From Cytophagaceae bacterium (GTDB taxonomy: Bacteria > Bacteroidota > Bacteroidia > Cytophagales > Cytophagaceae), in the NCBI GenBank assembly GCA_046290815.1, contig JBKBUF010000027.1, positions 1 to 64,000 of the forward strand: a stretch of DNA of 64,000 bases. The letters run 5' to 3'. The position numbers and the translations under genes are program-made. Below, piece after piece: positions 1 through 9,104 of the stretch. How positions within the stretch are numbered: the first letter of the stretch is position 1; every line of letters starts with the position of its first letter. The notes beneath the pieces were generated by a model. The model was not told where the DNA came from and did not search any database. It saw only the letters and a list, made by a program, of their open reading frames with translations.

Positions 1-63
1 AGCTTGCTCAAACAAGCCCTCAAATTCCTTTAATTTTTCGTCTTTGTTGTTTTTGGTGTTCAT
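1..63 (-). CDS. 5' end of an unidentified gene; N-terminus MNTKNNKDEKLKEFEGLFEQA reads off the window edge
   Basis: The reverse complement of 1..63 opens with ATG and stays open to the window boundary. There is no similarity call. Confidence 0.3.
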   Translation of the reverse strand, partial: MNTKNNKDEKLKEFEGLFEQA

Positions 64-136
64 AAAAGTATAATTTAACATTTTTTTACTTTTATGACAC
101 AGTTTATTTTACAGCCTCTTAATGGTAAAATTTACA

Positions 137-162
137 GTCATCCCGACGCAGGAGGGATCTGT
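137..162. repeat. Copy 1 of a ~26-nt hairpin motif, GTCATCCCGACGCAGGAGGGATCTGT (stem ATCCC/GGGAT, 9-nt loop GACGCAGGA)
   Basis: A second copy lies at ~26962..26987, GTCATTCCGACGCAGGAGGAATCTGT. Its C->T change in the left stem arm is matched by a G->A change in the right arm, so the 5-bp stem is preserved. Confidence 0.5.
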
Positions 163-197
163 CTAACACAACAAAAAAGTAAATATCAACAACAGCT

Positions 198-3059
198 ATG
201 AACCTGAGAATTACAAAATTCTTATTATTATTTCTATTTCTACATCACCTTGCCACCGCTACCGGCAATGACAACAATCCATTTGAAGATTCTTTATCTG
301 CCAGAGTACAGCGCGATGTTCAGTTTATCCAACAGCAGCTCGCTGACAGCAGCAATACCAATTACATATTCTACTCAGGCCAGTCGGTGACTATACAAGG
401 TGACAAGCTTAAAACAGGTGACAAATACCTTCATCTGGACAAAGTCAACAAAGCATATTACGGCATTGGCAATAGTTCAGAGGAACAAAAAATAAATGAC
501 CTGCTTAAGCAGCTTGACAATTCTCCGCATAACAGAAAGCTGATAGTTTACATCAGCAGCCTGTTCAGTTACCCTGAGTATGCTACAGAGATGAAGCATT
601 CCTCCATGCAGGAGAAGATGATTGGAAAGTGCATCAACACTATCACAAACAAAGTTTACCCGCAGGCATTCGCAAATAAGGACTTCACAACAGTATGCAT
701 AATAAAAGTATACGGTTCATTCTTCAACGAGAATACCGTGCTGGACAAGTCTGATCCGGATTATTATGGCGTACAGTTTATGGTGAAACATGCATTCAAG
801 GTCATACCGGCAGCAACCATTCACCGGAGCTGTCTGACCGATGTAGAAAACAAGATTGCCAGCCACAGAAACTTTCAGGGATTATATCCTTTTGTAAAGG
901 AAATATTTGATGAGTACATAAAAGAAAAATGCAAGCCTGGTTACGCACCTGCAGCTGTAGCACTTTCAAATGGCGTTAATGTCGACTGCAATCTTGACGC
1001 CTCAGGACTGAAAAACTCCATACGCGATGGCAAGCCCGAAGCCTTGATGAGCTTTCTGGAAAAACTAAAGCTGCCGCCTCCTTCAAACTTCGTCGCTTCC
1101 TCCGGCACAGCACCACCTCAGATTACCGATGCGGAAAAGTCTGCCGCAAAAGTAAAATATGAGAAAATCCTTACCGAGTGTTTATCAGCTCAGGAGCGCG
1201 CGGATGCCATTAGGGTAATTCTTAAATCCGGCAATGTAAATCAGAAACACGAGAAGCAGATCCTCGACTTTTTCAAACATATAAAAAATGCAGACATCGA
1301 CCCTTTCCTTGCCGAACTGAAGAAAGGAACTCTTCTAAAAGATCTGCTGAGTAAGATTGATGACGATATTATTAGTGACAGGAAGGATAATTATACGGGG
1401 CTGTTGAGGGAGTTGAACAGTTTGGTATTACATAGCAACTATTATGCTAAGGAAATGGAGCGCATGTATGAGCCTTCTGTGCTGGAACAAAGAATAGTTA
1501 AATGGGGAAATTCCATAAGCCACAATATCTATGCGCAACCGAATGTAAAGAAGAATGCTGTAGCATTGAAATCTGTTTCCATGGGAATCGGTGGGAAGAT
1601 TTCAATTTCCAGAGAGTTAGTTAATGAAATCAAAATAGTATACACACAAGGCAATACTGCCAATATGCCTTCCATGCAAATGCCGGTTTATATAACCACT
1701 GAGTTACCGGTAATTGAACTTGATCCATTTGAACCTGTATTATTCTCCTACCACAACTCACTAAGCATTTTATCTGATGCGACAGGAGTTGGCAAAGGCG
1801 AGATGACAATACTACCGGCGATCTTTCTTGAATATGCCAGAAGGAAACAGTTGAATGATGAGGCTTTTACCACATGTATTGTGGCGGCTGATGTTATTAC
1901 CTTAGCCAGTGGCGTAGGCACTTTACCTAATATAGCAGGCAAACTGGCATACCTCCGGAGAGCATTAGTTCTTATGGAAATTGCCAATGCCGCCGGCAAC
2001 CTGGCCATGAATCTTTCTGATCTTGACCAGCTGGGTGAAAACTTTGTAACGGTAGTTGAAGCCAGTAATAATTTTTTAATAGCCACCAGTATTTATGAGG
2101 TCGGAAGAAAAATAAGCAATATCCGGTCCCTTAAAGGCGGATTGAATCACGGGAAGAATCTGCACACTAAAAATTATTACAACGACTGCCAAAAGTTTGT
2201 CGAGTCCATTAATGGCAAAGATGACCTTATTCACTTATATTTGAATAACCACAATCTAACTCCAAACCAAAGAAAAGCTTTCGAAGAAATCCTGGCTCTT
2301 CGGGATGATATAGTTAAAAAGGCTAAAAAGGAGACGGGCGAGGATTGGGGGAAGTTGGGGAGGGAAGCTCCTGGAGCTGGAAAGTTAGCCAACTACAACA
2401 ATTTGCTTAAAAAACTGGATGAAATTGACAAAATCAATCCAGGTCATAAGCAAAAGTTCATTGAGGATTTTGAGAATGCAACCCCTGAGGTTTTGCAAAG
2501 GCTTGATAGGGAAGTGGGGTTGGTGGATAGTTGGGATAAGTTAACATCCTTAAACGCCGATGAGTCCATCAGAAAGAATATTTTAGCTTTAGATGCTGTT
2601 CAAAAACCCAAAGGTTCAAGACCAAATCCAAACACATATTTAAGTGAAAAATATATTAATGACCACTTGAACATATTCATAATGGAAGGAATAGGATCAA
2701 GACTAGTATTAAAAAAGGATTATCAAAGATTCGGTATTGGAAAACCTGATCCTGGAAAAACAGAATATATTGCACTAAAATCTGAGCTGGACAATTTAAT
2801 CATTAAATGTAATGGGAAAATCGAAGAAATATCCAAAGCTCTCGGACTATCAAAGGAACAACTTCAAGGTGGTCTTGTTAGGATAGATTTTAAAATTACT
2901 TCCTCAAAATTTATCGATATCCCCTCTGGAAATGAATTTGGAACAAATAACAATTGGATTCCAGGGGGCAAGCTACCTTCAGGAAATTCTGAAGTGATTA
3001 TAAAAACAGAAGGTATGCAAGAAAATGTTGACTATTTTGTGAATGATATTATATTTTAA
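198..3059 (+). CDS. Large secreted protein of unknown function, 953 aa, with an N-terminal signal peptide
   Basis: It is a long uninterrupted ORF with an N-terminal hydrophobic signal peptide (KFLLLFLFLHHLATATG). GC content looks higher than the flanks (~42-45% by eye). No family was recognised and there is no T9SS CTD. Confidence 0.7.
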   Translation: MNLRITKFLLLFLFLHHLATATGNDNNPFEDSLSARVQRDVQFIQQQLADSSNTNYIFYSGQSVTIQGDKLKTGDKYLHLDKVNKAYYGIGNSSEEQKINDLLKQLDNSPHNRKLIVYISSLFSYPEYATEMKHSSMQEKMIGKCINTITNKVYPQAFANKDFTTVCIIKVYGSFFNENTVLDKSDPDYYGVQFMVKHAFKVIPAATIHRSCLTDVENKIASHRNFQGLYPFVKEIFDEYIKEKCKPGYAPAAVALSNGVNVDCNLDASGLKNSIRDGKPEALMSFLEKLKLPPPSNFVASSGTAPPQITDAEKSAAKVKYEKILTECLSAQERADAIRVILKSGNVNQKHEKQILDFFKHIKNADIDPFLAELKKGTLLKDLLSKIDDDIISDRKDNYTGLLRELNSLVLHSNYYAKEMERMYEPSVLEQRIVKWGNSISHNIYAQPNVKKNAVALKSVSMGIGGKISISRELVNEIKIVYTQGNTANMPSMQMPVYITTELPVIELDPFEPVLFSYHNSLSILSDATGVGKGEMTILPAIFLEYARRKQLNDEAFTTCIVAADVITLASGVGTLPNIAGKLAYLRRALVLMEIANAAGNLAMNLSDLDQLGENFVTVVEASNNFLIATSIYEVGRKISNIRSLKGGLNHGKNLHTKNYYNDCQKFVESINGKDDLIHLYLNNHNLTPNQRKAFEEILALRDDIVKKAKKETGEDWGKLGREAPGAGKLANYNNLLKKLDEIDKINPGHKQKFIEDFENATPEVLQRLDREVGLVDSWDKLTSLNADESIRKNILALDAVQKPKGSRPNPNTYLSEKYINDHLNIFIMEGIGSRLVLKKDYQRFGIGKPDPGKTEYIALKSELDNLIIKCNGKIEEISKALGLSKEQLQGGLVRIDFKITSSKFIDIPSGNEFGTNNNWIPGGKLPSGNSEVIIKTEGMQENVDYFVNDIIF

Positions 3060-3068
3060 TTTATTCTT

Positions 3069-3293
3069 ATGAACCAGGAACTATTAAAAAAAAATTGGGA
3101 TTTTGTTTTATATGAAAAAGATGGTGAAAGATTTTTAGAGGTAGTATTTTTTGACAAGCCAATAGATTATACCAGGACATTTTCATTGCAAGATGTAAAT
3201 ATAATTTTAGATGTTTCATATTTATCTCAATTGTCAGAAATGATAAGGAATAACTATGAAAGTTATAAAGATTCGGAAGTTACTCTTGATTGA
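3069..3293 (+). CDS. Small hypothetical protein, 74 aa, starting 10 bp downstream of the 953-aa gene
   Basis: An ORF on the same strand is tightly linked to the 953-aa gene. It lies in a very AT-rich block (~27% GC) that differs in composition from the upstream gene. Confidence 0.4.
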   Translation: MNQELLKKNWDFVLYEKDGERFLEVVFFDKPIDYTRTFSLQDVNIILDVSYLSQLSEMIRNNYESYKDSEVTLD

Positions 3294-3341
3294 TATTACT
3301 AATTTCGAACTACAACAATCAATCCAGATAGGCAACAATTC

Positions 3342-3728
3342 TTGATGATATCAATGAGAAAAAACAAACCAATAAAATTACCCAAAGTCTTAACAGAAGA
3401 AATAATTACGATTCTTGCAAAAATGGCCAACGAAATTCCTCAGCCAATAGAATGGCATCAAATATTTGAAATCTTGAATGAAAACGATATACAAAGAATA
3501 ATGGACAGGAAAGTGAAAATTCAAATTGAACTAGAAAAAAGTAGAAAGGATAAAATGACAGAACAAGAAAAAGAAAATGAGAAACTTGTGTGGGAAAAAA
3601 TTAAAAATGACCCGGATCCTAATAAATTTTATGGAAATATGGGCCAACCGGAAACACCGCAGGAATATAAAAACAGATATGGTCAATGGCCTCCAGGATA
3701 TGATAAGGATGGGAATAAACTAACTTGA
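3342..3728 (+). CDS. Hypothetical protein, 128 aa, charged and K/E-rich
   Basis: An ORF in the same AT-rich block. No domain was recognised. Confidence 0.45.
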   Translation: MMISMRKNKPIKLPKVLTEEIITILAKMANEIPQPIEWHQIFEILNENDIQRIMDRKVKIQIELEKSRKDKMTEQEKENEKLVWEKIKNDPDPNKFYGNMGQPETPQEYKNRYGQWPPGYDKDGNKLT

Positions 3729-3753
3729 ATATTAAATCTTAGAATGGCAACAC

Positions 3754-3778
3754 ATTAGATTAGATTAGATTAGATTAA
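3754..3778. repeat. Pentanucleotide microsatellite (TTAGA)4-5 in an intergenic region
   Basis: The sequence attagattagattagattagatta is read directly from the window. Confidence 0.8.
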
Positions 3779-3813
3779 ATTTATTTCAATTCACATTTTA
3801 ACCAGCTATTAAA

Positions 3814-4809
3814 ATGAACAACCAAACTACAGACCAGGAACCTACCCCTGAAGAACCTGTCATTTCTCAAAATACAAAGGTAAAGATTCAGAACAACAAA
3901 CATAATAGCCTAACAAAAACATTATTATGGGCAGCAATGACAATATTGTCTATTGCTACTTTCGTAAAATTAATCCCTATTTATGTTTACGATACTAACC
4001 CTATTCCAATTTCATTAGCAGGCGCAGCTTTAACATCCGTTTGTTTCGGCTTACTAATAATAACCTTTGGAAATAACCGCCTTTTTTATTTATCCAGAAC
4101 ACCACTAAAATATTTTTACTTTTTATTATCCGGAATGATCCTAACTACAACATATTATACCAATTATACTATTAGCAAAGAAAATGAATTAAAAATCAAT
4201 GGCATTATTACAACCGGGACAATTACTAATTTATATAAAGAAAACTTCAGACGATTTAATAAATATGAAATAACCGTTAGATTCAGCCATAAGGCAGGTA
4301 GACATAAAAGTGTAAGGAAAGCTGTTAATGAAGATGATTTTCAAAACCTATATAAAAATCAAAACATTTCCCTTATATATTTACCTGCTTACCCCGAAGT
4401 TGGAGAATTTCTTATAAGTTCACCTTTAATCCGCAAATACACAAACTCTGAGGAAAGGAAAATATTTATCAAAGATTTGATTGAATTACTTTCCATGGAC
4501 AATGCCGATCCCAAAAAATATTTAAACCAAATATATTATGGGTGGACATTCGATACTAAAAAAGATATGTGGACAAACAAAAGAACAAAGAATTCCTTTT
4601 ATTCATTTAGCGCAAAAACGAAATCGGCTACAATAGAGTTAAATGATTTATATATGGACTACACAAATCAGTTAGAATATTTGGGATTCCAGCAAGTTGA
4701 AAATAACGATGACACATTATTGGTATATGAATCTTCTAATTTTATAGCGCGAATTAAAACAGAATTTTTTCCAAAGGTGATAACTACTGTTAAAATTACC
4801 AAAAAATAA
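3814..4809 (+). CDS. Hypothetical membrane protein, 331 aa, with N-terminal transmembrane helices and a C-terminal soluble domain
   Basis: Hydrophobic segments occur between residues ~35-110 and are followed by a polar domain. No family was recognised. Confidence 0.55.
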   Translation: MNNQTTDQEPTPEEPVISQNTKVKIQNNKHNSLTKTLLWAAMTILSIATFVKLIPIYVYDTNPIPISLAGAALTSVCFGLLIITFGNNRLFYLSRTPLKYFYFLLSGMILTTTYYTNYTISKENELKINGIITTGTITNLYKENFRRFNKYEITVRFSHKAGRHKSVRKAVNEDDFQNLYKNQNISLIYLPAYPEVGEFLISSPLIRKYTNSEERKIFIKDLIELLSMDNADPKKYLNQIYYGWTFDTKKDMWTNKRTKNSFYSFSAKTKSATIELNDLYMDYTNQLEYLGFQQVENNDDTLLVYESSNFIARIKTEFFPKVITTVKITKK

Positions 4810-4919
4810 AATGAGAATACTTAACAACTTTGCCTTGTTTCCTGTGCACACAAACCATTCTGCATCATAACATAATTCTTTCATTGGGTGTAATAGTTCG
4901 TGAAGACACTAAGCAATGC

Positions 4920-6515
4920 CTAAACTTTCTTCTCAGCTACCAAAAACATATTGGTAACCGGGAATTCAATAGGTTTATACTCATTCCCCTTTAATTCAAA
5001 AAACTCCAATTTACCTCTAAAACGGTTTTCTACAATCCATTGGTTAGTGAATGCTAAAGATTCCTCCGATACCTCAAAGCCTACATCTTCTACATGATGC
5101 TTCCATTGCGTGTAAGACCAAAATGCAAATGTTTCATTCATTTCACTTTTCCAATTATCCAGATAATCTTTCTTAGTAGCAAATTCGCAGGCATCTCTAA
5201 GACTTAATTCAATAAATAGCTCCTCTGACTGAATAATTTTATATTTGAGAATATAATTTTGTTTCTTTCTGAAATCTCTCGCAAAACGTAAAAACCTCCC
5301 AAATGTGGACAATCCTGAAAGGTATTGCGATAACTCAGAGCGATCCTCAAGATCCTTTTCATAATCATCGTTCCTGCCGTCTTTATTATTTAATCTGAGA
5401 TATATTAATCTGTCTCCATCTTCAGGTCCAACTACATCTCTGTTGATCCAAACCCCACCAGGAACCAATTCTTCATATCTGTTTTTTATAAACCTTATAA
5501 GATCCTCTCTGGATCCGTAAGACTCTATCTCATGGGTTAATGAGGAAGTGAATATTGTATTCATGGATTCCTTATCAAACACCAAACCTGTAACGGCATT
5601 TTTCTGAGCAAAAAACACAAATGGATTTTTAAAATCACCATTATATTTTCGTTGCTGACAAATATCATATAGATGTCTTGAAACCTCTATCCCGTAAAAA
5701 TCAGATTCCCTCAATCTTTCATCAGAACATGCCAGTTTTATCCAGGATCCTACAGCACAACCAATATCACCGATTCGTCCTGGTTTAATGAACTTTGAGG
5801 TATCGTTGTACTTCATGTCAGCTATCTCATCCATTTGACGAACGTATGTATTATAATCTCGAGTAGAAGTGATGTCGCCATCATCTCCAATTATTTTATC
5901 TGAAAACAAGGTTTTAACTTTCTCGCCTATCTGGTATTTCTTCCAAACTTTATATGAGGAAGGATGGATTTTACTTATCAGGTATTTATCTTTATGCCAT
6001 TCGCCTTCTGATTTTGCAACGTATTCTACTAAATCCCAAGGTTGCTCAGCATGCATTTTCCCTGAAAAATTATTTTCTAACTCAGCCGGAAGAATACGAA
6101 ATCCAAGTTCCTGGTATAATTTCATAACAGGAGTGGAACAAACTACTAAAGTATTATCAGGTGATAAGGTTAATCTGCCTTCACTTTCATGTTTGATCAT
6201 TTTAATGGTGTAGGATGCAAAATCATCCCTGACACCTATGTCGTCAATTCCATATACATAAGTGGGAACATTAATTGCTTCTGAAAAGCCTTCCAAACTT
6301 ATCGCCCTTAAATAAAAAGGCAATGGATTCCTTCTTGTATTTGAATGATTAGCAGAAGTTACAGCAAAAATAATACTGGTAACCGGGCTTTTTATATCTA
6401 GCGACTTTCCGAATACATCTGTCTCCTCCTCCAAACCAGCTTGAGTAATGCGATACAAGTATTTAAATTGAAAATCTGTCAGGATATGATGTCTTCCAGG
6501 GAATAAAATGTGCAT
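4920..6515 (-). CDS. Two-domain protein, 531 aa: an unknown N-terminal domain plus a C-terminal class I SAM-dependent methyltransferase fold
   Basis: Motif I resembles RIGDIGCAVGSW, post-I resembles FYGIEVS, and motif III resembles LVPGGVWINRDVV. The gene sits immediately downstream of nadV but after an intrinsic terminator. Confidence 0.65.
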   Translation of the reverse strand: MHILFPGRHHILTDFQFKYLYRITQAGLEEETDVFGKSLDIKSPVTSIIFAVTSANHSNTRRNPLPFYLRAISLEGFSEAINVPTYVYGIDDIGVRDDFASYTIKMIKHESEGRLTLSPDNTLVVCSTPVMKLYQELGFRILPAELENNFSGKMHAEQPWDLVEYVAKSEGEWHKDKYLISKIHPSSYKVWKKYQIGEKVKTLFSDKIIGDDGDITSTRDYNTYVRQMDEIADMKYNDTSKFIKPGRIGDIGCAVGSWIKLACSDERLRESDFYGIEVSRHLYDICQQRKYNGDFKNPFVFFAQKNAVTGLVFDKESMNTIFTSSLTHEIESYGSREDLIRFIKNRYEELVPGGVWINRDVVGPEDGDRLIYLRLNNKDGRNDDYEKDLEDRSELSQYLSGLSTFGRFLRFARDFRKKQNYILKYKIIQSEELFIELSLRDACEFATKKDYLDNWKSEMNETFAFWSYTQWKHHVEDVGFEVSEESLAFTNQWIVENRFRGKLEFFELKGNEYKPIEFPVTNMFLVAEKKV

Positions 6516-6546
6516 TGCTTAAATTATTATTTAAAAGCAAATTAGC

Positions 6547-6575
6547 AAAAAAAAGAGGGATCTTAATCCCCCTTC
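6547..6575 (-). terminator. Rho-independent terminator downstream of nadV
   Basis: The minus-strand RNA AAGGGGGAUUAAGAUCCCUCUUUUUUUU forms a 7-bp stem (one G-U pair) with a 6-nt loop, followed by a U8 tract. Confidence 0.6.
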
Positions 6576-6581
6576 TTAATT

Positions 6582-8039
6582 TTACTTAAATTCAATTACA
6601 TTTTCTGAAGAACCGATCTTAGCGTTTTCCCGAATTTCTTCAAAAGGATAGTCCTTCACTATTTTTCCATTTTCAAAGACAGTAACTAAATGGTCAGTGG
6701 CGTCAGGATAATCGTTTTCCTTAACGGTGGTAAAATTTTCTTCAAGTTTAATGAGTTTAAGCTTACCAGATTTAGACTTTTTAAAGGAGGCTTTAATGTT
6801 ACCATTTTCATCCATTTCAACCGGAGCTTTCATTACTTCTACTTGTTTGCCATTTACTTCAGCATATGAGCATTTTATTGCGAACTTCTGCGTATCTCTA
6901 TCTACTTTTTGAAGTAGAGCCCCTCCCATCCCTAAAACCAGATTTTCAGCTGAAATGTCATTCTTTTTAAGAACCTCATAAATATGCTTAATGCTGTCAT
7001 AATTTATTCCATCTCCTTGAATAACGCGTATTTGAGGAGGAAGAACTTTATAACCTTTACTATTTAATTTATAACCAAATTTTGCAAATAAGATTTCAAA
7101 TACTTTAACTAAGGTCATTGCAGGATCCCCTGAATCCGGTCTGATTACCAATACCCCGTCTCTTTGCAGGATTTTTTCCTTCAATTGTTCTCCCCAATAT
7201 TCCTCACACGCTTTAAAGATATTATAGGAATCTGAAACGCAAGCAACAATACCGGATGGAAATGTATTTAAAACATGCTTGAAAATATTCAGTTCACCAT
7301 CCTTTCCCAATAAAGTACAAATGGAATGCTCTGTGGCAGGAATAGACATGCCATAGATTTTTTTAGCGTTATAATACTTTCTTGCAAATAAAGATGCTGC
7401 TACTGTATCGCTACCATTAAAGTTAATAAGGTGCGCAGAACCACCCAAACCAGCACTTTCAACGGAACTAACTCCTCTGAATCCAAAATCATTAAGAACA
7501 AAATCTATTGATGATTCAGCGCCTTCTTCAGCGGTAGAGTTATAATATTCCACTACTAATTTTTTTATTTCCCTGGATAAAGTTGCTACAGTTATGGGAT
7601 ACCAAATTTGCATGATGAGGGTTTCAAGAAAATTAGTTAACCAAAAACATTTTGGATCTGTGTTTTCAATACTCATCAGTAAATTCCCAACAGGAACACA
7701 AGTACCTTCTGGGACAGCTTTGATTTTAACTGGTAACTTACCTTTATGATTATGGACAATATACTCGAATATTGAACGATCAAAGACATCTTTTCTTCCG
7801 AATACCTGAAACATTACATCTTCTGCTTCATCGATATATTCCTTAGTAAAGACCTCTCCTTCCAAATATTCCTTCAAATAATATTGAAGACCATAAAACA
7901 TGGTATTATCAAATTTCCCTCCCCGGCTTTCGAGATAAGAATAAATCTTTGTTGTGCCTGGATAGTATAACTTATGGTGAGAGTATTTATAAGCATCTGC
8001 CATTAAAATTAAATTTACTTTTCTTCCTAAATTGTTCAT
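6582..8039 (-). CDS. nadV: Nicotinamide phosphoribosyltransferase (NAMPT/NadV)
   Basis: The N-terminal region NLILMADAYKYSHHKLYYPGTTKIYSYLESRGGKF matches the conserved NAMPT family signature, and the length (485 aa) is typical. Its ATG overlaps the nadM stop (ATGA). Confidence 0.9.
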   Translation of the reverse strand: MNNLGRKVNLILMADAYKYSHHKLYYPGTTKIYSYLESRGGKFDNTMFYGLQYYLKEYLEGEVFTKEYIDEAEDVMFQVFGRKDVFDRSIFEYIVHNHKGKLPVKIKAVPEGTCVPVGNLLMSIENTDPKCFWLTNFLETLIMQIWYPITVATLSREIKKLVVEYYNSTAEEGAESSIDFVLNDFGFRGVSSVESAGLGGSAHLINFNGSDTVAASLFARKYYNAKKIYGMSIPATEHSICTLLGKDGELNIFKHVLNTFPSGIVACVSDSYNIFKACEEYWGEQLKEKILQRDGVLVIRPDSGDPAMTLVKVFEILFAKFGYKLNSKGYKVLPPQIRVIQGDGINYDSIKHIYEVLKKNDISAENLVLGMGGALLQKVDRDTQKFAIKCSYAEVNGKQVEVMKAPVEMDENGNIKASFKKSKSGKLKLIKLEENFTTVKENDYPDATDHLVTVFENGKIVKDYPFEEIRENAKIGSSENVIEFK

Positions 8040-8956
8040 AGCTGTAGGGTTTTAGTTTTACATTCTGAATATTTATTAATTAAAAATATGATCTGAGGAT
8101 AATGTTCTTCTGCGATTTTTTTGTTCTCTAACATCTGGATGATATCTTCCAAGGAAAACCATTGTACTATATCAATATCATCGCCGGCTTTAACTTCTCC
8201 AAATAAATAGCTGCAACTGAACATTAAGGTGATAATTTTATCTGTCTCGCTTCTATATCTCCAGTCATTTACTTTAAAAGATTTTTCGTAGGACATTTTA
8301 TCAATTTCAATCATGCCACATTCCTCATGAAGTTCCCGCAAAGCTGCAGATTCATAATCATCGTCAGTAGGATCTGAAAATCCTCCTGGTAATCGCCATT
8401 TTCCTTCTTCATTTCTAAAACCTAGCAGAAGGTAGTTATAATCATCTTTAAATAACGCTATATCAAGTGTAGGATACACTGTAGGGTATTTATTATAATA
8501 GGCATATATTATTCCCCTTCTGAAATCTTCAGTTTGCATAACCTGATCACTTATTTTATCTCTTAAGTTTGTGCCATTTTCTTCAGTTGTTTGTGGGATT
8601 TCCATTACATCCAACTTGCCTTTATAATATGGAATAAAACTATCTCTACTTCCATATAAAAGGAATTTTTCGTTTTGAAATGTGATAGACAACATATGAT
8701 CTAAGTTATTGGACCATGTATTATCATTTCTGCAATCAGACAATGGAAGAATTATAATGTCCGGAAATGTGTGTTTTACCATCCGTTCTCGGGTATAAAA
8801 ATCAAGGGGATTTCGAGTGCTTCCTTTTACCGGACTGACCCCCAAAACGATTACTACTTTATTATGCCTTTCCTTTACATAATTTATGAGACTGATATGA
8901 CCTTGATGGAGATAAGGTGTCTGAAATCTTGCAATTATTACGCCGGTTGTTTTCAT
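8036..8956 (-). CDS. nadM: Bifunctional NMN adenylyltransferase / Nudix hydrolase (NadM-Nudix)
   Basis: The N-terminal nucleotidyltransferase motif is GVIIARFQTPYLHQGH ((H/T)xGH-type). The C-terminal Nudix box is LPGGFSDPTDDDYESAALRELHEECG. The gene is translationally coupled to nadV. Confidence 0.85.
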   Translation of the reverse strand: MKTTGVIIARFQTPYLHQGHISLINYVKERHNKVVIVLGVSPVKGSTRNPLDFYTRERMVKHTFPDIIILPLSDCRNDNTWSNNLDHMLSITFQNEKFLLYGSRDSFIPYYKGKLDVMEIPQTTEENGTNLRDKISDQVMQTEDFRRGIIYAYYNKYPTVYPTLDIALFKDDYNYLLLGFRNEEGKWRLPGGFSDPTDDDYESAALRELHEECGMIEIDKMSYEKSFKVNDWRYRSETDKIITLMFSCSYLFGEVKAGDDIDIVQWFSLEDIIQMLENKKIAEEHYPQIIFLINKYSECKTKTLQL

Positions 8957-9021
8957 GATTTATAATATTTTGTGTTATTTATACGCAAATTAAATAAGCA
9001 AGTATGATTCAAGCAACAATT

Positions 9022-9042
9022 TTTGCGTATTTTTTACGCAAA
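9022..9042. promoter_or_regulatory. 21-bp perfect palindrome TTTGCGTA-N5-TACGCAAA, a candidate NrtR operator in the nadM-nadV promoter region; an additional half-site TATACGCAAAT lies at ~8980-8990
   Basis: The inverted repeat is read directly from the sequence. It sits ~70 bp upstream of the nadM start and adjacent to a Nudix-family regulator gene. NrtR operators are typically ~21-bp palindromes. Confidence 0.5.
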
Positions 9043-9104
9043 CTGTAAAATTACTCAACAGTGACTACCAAAACTTACTTTTATGGATATAGAATAGGAA
9101 AAAA

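Noticed and set aside
1748-2086. A 112-aa minus-strand ORF inside the 953-aa gene
   Set aside because: It is antisense to a long, well-supported ORF and carries no independent signal.
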